Shown here one piece after another: positions 56,590 through 64,000 of a stretch of DNA of 64,000 nt. The notes below the pieces were generated by a model. That model was not told where the DNA came from. It ran no database searches and saw only the letters and a program-made list of their open reading frames with translations. Position 1 is the stretch's first letter; each line of letters starts with the position of its first letter. Made by a program: the position numbers and the translations under genes. Source of the DNA: Nitrospiraceae bacterium (GTDB taxonomy: Bacteria; Nitrospirota; Thermodesulfovibrionia; UBA6902). The stretch lies in NCBI GenBank assembly GCA_003599025.1, contig QZIL01000093.1:24512-88511 (forward strand), read 5' to 3'.

Positions 56590-57082
56590 GTTAATTGATT
56601 TCCTCCTTGTATAACACCTTTACAGGCAGCATTGATAATATTATTTACTGTATTCGGACAAGAACACAAAGATATTCCTTATCGGAAACAAAATATAAAA
56701 GCTCCATTCATTTTACCTATCCATATAGGAATATGCAATTACAAAACAATGCAATATCTATTCCATTTATCTGGCTGTCTTATCAACAATAAAACATTTA
56801 AATATCGGCTTGTTACAAATCCCGTCATTAATATGCGAACGTCACGGACCTGACGAATGTCAATATTGCATGCATTATTGCTAATGTGACGGACTTATCA
56901 AGGGAAACAATTTATGACTGCTGTCCAAAACAGTTAAAACATCAGAGGCGTTTGGCCTCCCTAATATAGTTAAGCTGGACAAGTGTGTAATTTGATAATC
57001 TTAAAATGCCTGCCCCTGCTGTTTTCAGGTCATTTCCGATGCTGTTTACTTAACACCATGTTTTTTATAAAATAGACGGGTC

Positions 57083-57871
57083 ATGAATATCCTGAAAGAC
57101 AAGGTCGTACTTATAACAGGCAGTTCAAGGGGTATTGGGCGGGCCATAGCAAAAACATGCGCGCTTGCCGGTGCGGATATAGTTGTCAATTACCGGAAGG
57201 CCGGAGGCTCGTCGCAGGCCCAGGGAGAGGAGCTATGCGGGGAGATTGAAGCTATGGGACGCCGGGCAATAATAGTCCATGCTGACATTGCTTCAAAGGA
57301 TTCGGTCAGGGGCATGTTTAACGAAGTGATGGAAAAAATGGGGAGACTGGATTATCTCATACTGAATGCCGCAAAGGCCCCTTTTAAACCGCTCGAGAAA
57401 TTATTCGAGAGGGAACTGAGACAGCTGGTGGATACCAACTATATAGGCAATATATTCTGCATTCAGGCAGCAATGCCCATGCTCGAAAAAACCGGAGGAA
57501 GAATAATATTCATATCGAGCCTCGGAAGCCGTTTCTACAACCAGGCTTATCCTCTGGGCAGCATGAAGGCCGCAATGGAGTCAGTCGTAAGAGATTGCGC
57601 AGAGAGCCTTCGCTTAAAAAATATTTCTGTAAATGCTGTGTGCGGTGGTATTGTCAAGACTGATTCCTTCAAGGTGCTTCGCCAGTTCTGGGACAATATA
57701 GATATGCTTCCTGCTGAACTTTATGTTGAGCCGGAGGAAATAGCTGATGTGGTGCTTTTTCTGTGCAGTGATGCGAGCAGGGGAATAACCGGACAGACTA
57801 TTGTTGTTGACAAGGGGCTGAGCAATGCAATATGCCGGACACCGGTGAAAACAGTGAATAGTGAACAGTGA
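57083..57871 (+). CDS. SDR family oxidoreductase (FabG-like ketoreductase)
   Basis: 262 aa; TGSSRGIGRAIA cofactor motif and S/Y/K catalytic residues. Confidence 0.8.
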   Translation: MNILKDKVVLITGSSRGIGRAIAKTCALAGADIVVNYRKAGGSSQAQGEELCGEIEAMGRRAIIVHADIASKDSVRGMFNEVMEKMGRLDYLILNAAKAPFKPLEKLFERELRQLVDTNYIGNIFCIQAAMPMLEKTGGRIIFISSLGSRFYNQAYPLGSMKAAMESVVRDCAESLRLKNISVNAVCGGIVKTDSFKVLRQFWDNIDMLPAELYVEPEEIADVVLFLCSDASRGITGQTIVVDKGLSNAICRTPVKTVNSEQ

Positions 57872-57978
57872 ATAGTGAACAGTCAGTCGATGTATCGAAT
57901 GGTTTTCCCTTTTCAACTTCTATCTGCTTTAAACATACAACATATAAAATTATAAGTCATCAGACATAAGGAGGCGCA

Positions 57979-58542
57979 ATGAGTCAGAACCAGATTACTG
58001 AAGAGAAGGTATTTGAAGAGCTTAAAAAGGCCATAGTCGAGACACTGCGGGTTGATGAAGGCTCGATCACAAGGGAGAGTTCCCTGATAAACGACCTCGG
58101 GGCCGAGTCACTCGATTTCCTCGATATAAACTACAGACTGGAGCAGGCATTCGGCATGAAAATGGCCCGCCACTTTGTCCTTGAACACATTGAGGAAATG
58201 TTTGGTGAAGGCACTGCCATAGACGAGGACGGCCGCCTGACTGACAAGGCCATTGAATTGCTGAAGATCCGTTTTGGAAGCAACATGCCGGCATTGCAAT
58301 CAGGCATGGACATGGATGAAATTCCTGCCATGGTCACTGTCCAGTCAATGGTCCAGGGAGTAATGGACATACTTGGCAGCCTTCCCGAGAAGTGCTCAAA
58401 CTGCGGCAATTCAGCATGGCAGTCTGAGGACGGGACCAAAATCAAATGCGGCTCCTGCGGGGAAGGTGCAACATTCACAAATGGTGATGATTTAATAAAG
58501 GCCTGGCTCACAAAGGTACAGGACGAGAAAAAAATCTTCTGA
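57979..58542 (+). CDS. acyl carrier protein with about 100-aa C-terminal extension containing a Cys4 zinc-ribbon
   Basis: RBS aaggagg; phosphopantetheine site (DLGAESLDFLDI); C-terminal CSNCGNS...CGSCGEG. Confidence 0.65.
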   Translation: MSQNQITEEKVFEELKKAIVETLRVDEGSITRESSLINDLGAESLDFLDINYRLEQAFGMKMARHFVLEHIEEMFGEGTAIDEDGRLTDKAIELLKIRFGSNMPALQSGMDMDEIPAMVTVQSMVQGVMDILGSLPEKCSNCGNSAWQSEDGTKIKCGSCGEGATFTNGDDLIKAWLTKVQDEKKIF

Positions 58543-58543
58543 T

Positions 58544-59839
58544 ATGACCACGAAATCTTCCAGGCGAAGGGTGGTTGTTACGGGATACGGGATGATCACC
58601 ACTTCAGGAAAAAACACTGAGGAGACCTTTGCAAAGTGCAGTCAGGGGCTTTCCGGAATTGATTACATCAGGTCTTTTGATACGACAGGGCTTCCCTGTC
58701 AGATAGCCGGTGAAGTCAACAACTCCTGGATTGAAGAATTTGAGAGCAGGACCGACCAGAGGTTGAGAAAATTCTCATCACGCGGGCTCCGCCTCATGAG
58801 AATAGCTGTTTCAGAGGCAGCAGCACAGGCAGGTCTTGATAATGTCAGGGACCGTGAAAATATCGGGGTCTCGCTCGGCTCTCATGGAGACAATCCTGAT
58901 GTGGAAGACATCAAACTGATCCACAGGTTCTATGATGGGGACGGCCATTGGGACATGAAAAACCTGTTAAAGACAGGGGGGTATCCGTTCCTGCATTTTT
59001 TCAGGAGAAAACCGGACGCTGCGGCATCCATACTGTCAACCACATTTGACTGCAGAGGCCCTGTCCTGTCCCTTGTTTCCGCCTGCGCAGCAGGCTCTCA
59101 GGCCATTGGAGAGGCAGTGCGGCTGATTGAGGACAGAAAGTGCAATGTCATGATAGCAGGCGGCTGTGAGGCCACTATTGATTTTACCGGGATGATCGGG
59201 TTTATACTGCTTAAGGCGCTCTGTGAGAAATATACTGAACCCCAAAAGGCCTCAAGGCCGTTTGACAGAAAGCGCAGCGGCTTTGTCATGTCTGAGGGCG
59301 GAGGAGCCCTTGTCCTGGAAGAACTTGAACATGCCCGCGCACGAGGCGCTCAGATACTCGGGGAAATAAAGGGCTATGGTTCTTCTGCTGATGCCTATCG
59401 TATAACCGACACTCACCCTAAAGGACTGGGCGCAGTGATTGCGATGAAGGCAGCGCTGAATGATGCGGGAATAACTCCTGATGAGGTCGACTACATAAAT
59501 GCCCACGGGACATCTACATCACAGAACGACCTGACAGAGACACGGGCCATCAAAGAAGTGTTCGGAGCACGCGCAGGGGACGTGCCTGTAAGTTCCAACA
59601 AGTCCATGCTTGGCCATGCGATAGCAGCGGCAGGCCCTATTGAATGTATACTGACTCTGGTAGGCATCAGCCGTTCAATATTGCTCCCGACTATTAATTA
59701 TGAGTCCCGTGACCCCAAGTGCGACCTTGATTACGTGCCGAATGAAGCCAGGAACAAGGAGCACAGTATAGCGCTTTCAAACTCATTCGGCTTCGGAGGA
59801 CAGAACGCCTGTCTGTGCGTCGGCAGGTATGAAGGTTAA
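58544..59839 (+). CDS. beta-ketoacyl-ACP synthase (KAS I/II family)
   Basis: 431 aa; active-site Cys (LVSACAAGSQAIG), His motifs (NAHGTST, LGHAIAAAG). Confidence 0.85.
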   Translation: MTTKSSRRRVVVTGYGMITTSGKNTEETFAKCSQGLSGIDYIRSFDTTGLPCQIAGEVNNSWIEEFESRTDQRLRKFSSRGLRLMRIAVSEAAAQAGLDNVRDRENIGVSLGSHGDNPDVEDIKLIHRFYDGDGHWDMKNLLKTGGYPFLHFFRRKPDAAASILSTTFDCRGPVLSLVSACAAGSQAIGEAVRLIEDRKCNVMIAGGCEATIDFTGMIGFILLKALCEKYTEPQKASRPFDRKRSGFVMSEGGGALVLEELEHARARGAQILGEIKGYGSSADAYRITDTHPKGLGAVIAMKAALNDAGITPDEVDYINAHGTSTSQNDLTETRAIKEVFGARAGDVPVSSNKSMLGHAIAAAGPIECILTLVGISRSILLPTINYESRDPKCDLDYVPNEARNKEHSIALSNSFGFGGQNACLCVGRYEG

Positions 59840-59882
59840 AAGAACCGGTTGAATGGCCCATGGGGTCATAAGGGGGATTTTT

Positions 59883-60314
59883 ATGAGAATAGCACCGTTA
59901 GACATACAACAGAAGAAATTCCCTAAACGCTTTAAAGGCTATGATCCGGAGGATGTTCGTATATTTCTCGAGATAGTCAGCGGAGAAGTGGAAGAACTTC
60001 GCAGGGAAAATGCCGCTTTAAAGGAAGAGGCCAGGGCAACAGGGGACCAGTTAAAAGAGTTCGACGGGCTGGAAGTCGCACTAAGAGACACTGTCATAAA
60101 GGCACAGGAATTCGTAGAAACATACAGGGCAAATGTTCACAGAAGCGCGGAGCTTCTTCAGAAAGAAGCGGAAGCGCGGGCAGAGGAAATGCTGAAGGGA
60201 CTGCAGCATAAGGTCGTTGAAATACACAGGGAAATTACCGAGCTTAAGGGCATCAGGAAGCATTTTAAAGATGAGATGACAAGTTTAATTGAAAGCTCCC
60301 TTGAGAAGGTCTAG
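59883..60314 (+). CDS. DivIVA domain protein
   Basis: RBS aaggggg; MRIAPLDIQQKKFPKRFKGYDPEDV N-terminal DivIVA motif, then coiled coil. Confidence 0.7.
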   Translation: MRIAPLDIQQKKFPKRFKGYDPEDVRIFLEIVSGEVEELRRENAALKEEARATGDQLKEFDGLEVALRDTVIKAQEFVETYRANVHRSAELLQKEAEARAEEMLKGLQHKVVEIHREITELKGIRKHFKDEMTSLIESSLEKV

Positions 60315-60536
60315 GCCAGATTAGGCATATCTGACACAGATGTAGTTGATCCGGAAAAAGTATTTATCCGCAGTTTATCACTGATTTATTACAGGTTAAC
60401 CATCCTTATTGCCGGCCGGCCTGCAGGCTTGTCAACTCGCATGGCCTGTCGCATTTATATCTGTGCTTTATCTCTGAAACCTGCCCGTCCGGCAGGCAGG
60501 TCTGTGGAATTACGGACGTTCCTGGATGAATAAGAT

Positions 60537-62852
60537 TCAGGAGCGCCTTGGAATGATGTCGTGCAGCAGTTCACTCAGGGTCTCAATCTGATAAGGTTTT
60601 GTAATCACGCTGCAGAAACCGTGTGTTTTGTAATTTGCCATGACTGTATCAGTCGAATAACCGCTCGATACAATGACCCTCGCTTCCGGGTCTATCTCGA
60701 GCAGTTTGCCGACAGCCTCTTTACCGCCCATTCCTTCACGGATTGTTAAATCCATTATTACAACATTAAAAGGGTCAGAGTTCATAGCATTTTTATAGAG
60801 TTCGACTGCCTGGGCCCCGTCTCTGGCAAGTTCCACTTTATACCCGATCTTCACAAGCGTTTTCCGGACGGTCGTCAATATACTTTCATCATCATCCATG
60901 AGCAGGATTTTACCTTCGCCATTAATTAACGCAGGTTTTCTGTCAGGCTCAATTAAGCCATGTCTTCTGATTGCGGGGAGATAAAAGTGAAAGGTTGTGC
61001 CGGCATCAGGAGCTGAATCCACTTCGATATAGCCATCATGGTTCATAATGATTGCATATGTGCTTGAAAGCCCGAGGCCGTGCCCTTTCTGCTTTGTTGT
61101 GAAATACGGATCAAATATTTTCTGAATGTTCTCTTTTGGAATACCGACTCCCTGGTCTTTAACAGTCACCTTTACGTATTCCCTGTTCAGCAAAGGCAGG
61201 CCACACTGTTCATCAATTATTACATTCTCGGCGCTTATCCTGATAGTTCCGCCTTCAGGCATGGCCTGACGGGCGTTTATTATCAAATTGAAAAAAACCT
61301 GGTTAATCTGTCCCTCGTCGACTTCAACCGCCCATAAATCAGGTGGTATGAAAAATTCACAGTTAATGTCAGAGCCCCTTAACACAATGCGCGCTGAATT
61401 CTTTAACTGTTTTGCAATAGACACTATTTTCTTGACAGGCGCTCCGCCTTTGGAGAAAGTCAGCAGCTGCGCAGTCAGGTCCTTTGCGCGGAGGCATGCC
61501 TCTTCAGCGTCAGCCAGTATTTCATATGTGTTTTTCATGATACCGGATGACATCTTCGCCAGTGCAATATTGCCGATTATGGAAGTCATGATATTGTTAA
61601 AGTCATGGGCGATTCCTCCAGCCAGAACGCCGACTGATTCGAGCTTCTGGACCCTCAGCTGTTCTTCCTCGATTTTCTTGCGTTCTGTAATGTCCACCAG
61701 TATTGTCATGATATGAGAGGGTCTTCCCTGCGAATCCCTGAGTACAGTGGAATTAATATATCCCCAGATTATACTGCCATTTTTTGTGATATACCTTTTT
61801 TCCATTCTGTAGCCGTCGCTTTTATCTTCCAGCAGTTCCTTATACAGCGCAAGATTTTTTCCCATATCTTCAGGATGGGAAAGGTCAGATATCGACAAAC
61901 CGGATATTTCCTCTCTTGTGTAGCCGAAAATATTGTGAAATGCCGGATTGAATGTTGCGAATGAGAGGTCCCTGTCCAGGGGTGCTGATTCGATGGGGTA
62001 AATAATAATTCCTGTCGGGGACATTTCAAAAAAAGTCCTGAACTTTTCCTCGCTCTGGCGCAATGCCTCTTCAGTCTGTTTGCGTTCCGTGATTTCTCTT
62101 TGAATACTGTCATACGCATCTTTTATCCCGGTGCTCATGGCATTAAAATGGTTGGCGAGTTCCCCGAATTCTGTCTTGTCCTTATAGGAAATCGCAGCGC
62201 CATACTCACCTGACGTTATCATTCTGGTAGCATTAACAAGGGCATTGACCGGCTTTGTGACCGATTTAATAAGCCTTATGGCGACCAGTATACTTAGCAG
62301 CAGGGTCACCAATACTGTTATGAAGAGAATAGTTTTTACATTGCTGATATTTGCCATGGCTGCCCCTGTCTTTTCATCAAGACTGGTCGTGGCACTGTGG
62401 GACATATGTTCTGTAACTTCGATAAGCCTGTCCCCCGTATTGACGGCATCTTTTTTCAATTGCAGTAATCTGGTTGTGTTCGCTCTCGATGTCAGGTAAT
62501 AGCTCAGGGCGACCTCGTAATCCTGCATAATGGACTGCATATTAATTATGCGGTCAGCGAGGTTTTGCGGATGGTGGCAGGAAGAGCATTTATTGGCGGA
62601 TTCCTCAAGCGACAGGACATTAAGCACGATCGAATCGAGGTCAGTGGCAAAAGGGGTGTCCACAGAAAGGAGGTTGGACTGGACAGTTTGAATATTGATG
62701 ATTAGTGAGCGTCGCAGCTCTTCTACCTGATACAGTTCAATGAGCCGCTTCAGCTCAGCGGTAGTGCTGGTCATGTAAAGTACGCCAAGCCCTGTACCTA
62801 CTGAAAAAAAGAGCAAGAGTGCGAACAGTGATAAGATAATTTTTTTCTTCAT
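60537..62852 (-). CDS. hybrid sensor histidine kinase (TM/HAMP/PAS/HisKA/HATPase/REC)
   Basis: 771 aa; N-terminal TM, HAMP, PAS, H-box (AGGIAHDFNNIMT), ATPase G-boxes, C-terminal receiver (IMDLTIREGMGG). Confidence 0.85.
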   Translation of the reverse strand: MKKKIILSLFALLLFFSVGTGLGVLYMTSTTAELKRLIELYQVEELRRSLIINIQTVQSNLLSVDTPFATDLDSIVLNVLSLEESANKCSSCHHPQNLADRIINMQSIMQDYEVALSYYLTSRANTTRLLQLKKDAVNTGDRLIEVTEHMSHSATTSLDEKTGAAMANISNVKTILFITVLVTLLLSILVAIRLIKSVTKPVNALVNATRMITSGEYGAAISYKDKTEFGELANHFNAMSTGIKDAYDSIQREITERKQTEEALRQSEEKFRTFFEMSPTGIIIYPIESAPLDRDLSFATFNPAFHNIFGYTREEISGLSISDLSHPEDMGKNLALYKELLEDKSDGYRMEKRYITKNGSIIWGYINSTVLRDSQGRPSHIMTILVDITERKKIEEEQLRVQKLESVGVLAGGIAHDFNNIMTSIIGNIALAKMSSGIMKNTYEILADAEEACLRAKDLTAQLLTFSKGGAPVKKIVSIAKQLKNSARIVLRGSDINCEFFIPPDLWAVEVDEGQINQVFFNLIINARQAMPEGGTIRISAENVIIDEQCGLPLLNREYVKVTVKDQGVGIPKENIQKIFDPYFTTKQKGHGLGLSSTYAIIMNHDGYIEVDSAPDAGTTFHFYLPAIRRHGLIEPDRKPALINGEGKILLMDDDESILTTVRKTLVKIGYKVELARDGAQAVELYKNAMNSDPFNVVIMDLTIREGMGGKEAVGKLLEIDPEARVIVSSGYSTDTVMANYKTHGFCSVITKPYQIETLSELLHDIIPRRS

Positions 62853-62948
62853 TTGCCGTCCGTTATTTATCCATTATTCCGTACCGATGGTCCGGGTCTG
62901 CTGCCCTGGGTACTCAGTGATTCCAGCTTTGCATACAGTTAAGCGAAT

Positions 62949-64000
62949 CTATACGGAATAATATATTATCCTGCGTAACAGTGCGCTGAGGTCTTCTATT
63001 TCATACGGTTTGGGGATGACACCGCAAAAGCCGTATTTTTTATAATCAGACATTATCGGGTCATTAAAATATCCGCTTGATACTATGGCCTTTACATCAG
63101 GGTCTATTTTAAGGAGGTTCAGTATTGTTTCCTGCCCTCCCATGCCTCCGCGTATTGTAAGATCCATAATGACAGCATTAAAGGGCCTTCCGGATTTTAA
63201 CGCTTTCTCGTAAGACGCGATGGCTTCATCACCGTTGGAAGCGACTTCCACATCATAACCTAAATGGTTCAGCATCTTACGGACAGTCGTTCTTACAGAA
63301 TGTTCGTCGTCCATCAGAAGGACCCTCCCCTCACCCTTATGGGCCTTGAATCTTTCATGGACGTTGACCGGATAAGCCTCTTTTGAGGCGTGCAGGTATA
63401 TAGTGAATGTGGTCCCCTTACCGACCTCGGAATTAACGTCAATAAATCCATTGTGGTTTTTAATAATCGAAAAGGTGGTCGCAAGTCCTAATCCGCTTCC
63501 TTCACTTTTTGTCGTGAAGTACGGATCAAATATTTTTTTTACATGGTCCTCAGGTATGCCAACACCCTCATCTCTTACCGAGATTTTAATGTAATCACCA
63601 TGTTCGAGGGACAGGACGTTTTCAACGGAAACCATCATGTTTTCAGCTGTGATGTTTATAGAGCCGCCTTCCGGCATCGCCTGCACAGCATTAATAACGA
63701 GATTATAAATGACCTGTGCAATCTGGCCTTCATCGACCTCTACAGGCCAGAGGTCATCCGGAATGGAAAAAAAGCAGTTGACGTGGGACCCTCTTGACGC
63801 GAAATTGGCTGAATTTATTATAAGCTCCTCAATCCTGGTGACCTTCTTTATGGGAGCCCCGCCCTTGGAAAATGTGAGCAGCTGGTTAGTCAGGTTTTTT
63901 GCCTGGAAACAAGCCTTTTCAGCATCGATTAAAATCTCGGACAGCCTGCTGCCGGAATCCACTGATACCTTTGCAAGTGAGATGCTTCCTGCAATGGTCG
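62949..64000 (-). CDS. hybrid sensor histidine kinase, paralog (N-terminus beyond window edge)
   Basis: partial; HisKA C-part/HATPase/REC about 55% identical to the C-terminal half of the 60537..62852 product. Confidence 0.8.
   Translation of the reverse strand, partial: TIAGSISLAKVSVDSGSRLSEILIDAEKACFQAKNLTNQLLTFSKGGAPIKKVTRIEELIINSANFASRGSHVNCFFSIPDDLWPVEVDEGQIAQVIYNLVINAVQAMPEGGSINITAENMMVSVENVLSLEHGDYIKISVRDEGVGIPEDHVKKIFDPYFTTKSEGSGLGLATTFSIIKNHNGFIDVNSEVGKGTTFTIYLHASKEAYPVNVHERFKAHKGEGRVLLMDDEHSVRTTVRKMLNHLGYDVEVASNGDEAIASYEKALKSGRPFNAVIMDLTIRGGMGGQETILNLLKIDPDVKAIVSSGYFNDPIMSDYKKYGFCGVIPKPYEIEDLSALLRRIIYYSV

Noticed and set aside
1-64000. tRNA, rRNA, tmRNA or RNase P genes
   Set aside because: Scanning intergenic regions found no cloverleaf-type conserved arms (GTTCGAATC/TTCGA T-loop contexts) or rRNA-like stretches. 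All long noncoding spans are AT-rich promoter-like or repeat-containing.

Overview
This is a 64-kb chromosomal segment from a diderm (Gram-negative-type) bacterium with moderate GC content. I found no rRNA, tRNA or CRISPR array. The backbone is housekeeping and envelope biogenesis: polA, rlmI, an rmlACBD dTDP-rhamnose operon, an acyl-CoA ligase, ispA-dxs, tlyA, rpsT, a holA-lptE-leuS block, the bamA-skp-lpxD-fabZ-lpxA-lpxI cluster, a Gfo/Idh/MocA dehydrogenase plus DegT aminotransferase, mltD, an SDR-ACP-KAS operon, divIVA and two tandem hybrid histidine kinases. Two accessory regions stand out. (1) At 7-12.5 kb is a PEP-CTERM/exosortase-associated gene set: an ExeA-like ATPase, a FeeM-like N-acyltransferase and a DUF1566 PEP-CTERM protein. 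(2) At about 36.9-51.8 kb is an island made almost entirely of signal-peptide-bearing (exported) proteins. It opens with an atypical sigma-70-like factor split across two frames, a zf-HC2 anti-sigma factor and a BepA-like M48-TPR peptidase. It continues with two secreted caspase-like (peptidase C14) proteins, one fused to WD40 repeats, with an FGE-sulfatase-fold protein that lacks the catalytic cysteines, a trypsin-like protease with 63-bp coding tandem repeats, four paralogous LPP20-like lipoproteins (one fused to DUF4384), and a HEPN/MNT pair. This looks like an uncharacterised periplasmic caspase-centred system. Two interspersed palindromic repeat families (GTCATTCCCGC... and GTCATTTCGA...) litter the intergenic spaces. 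A conserved noncoding element of about 225 nt occurs twice, at 32.6 kb and 51.9 kb.
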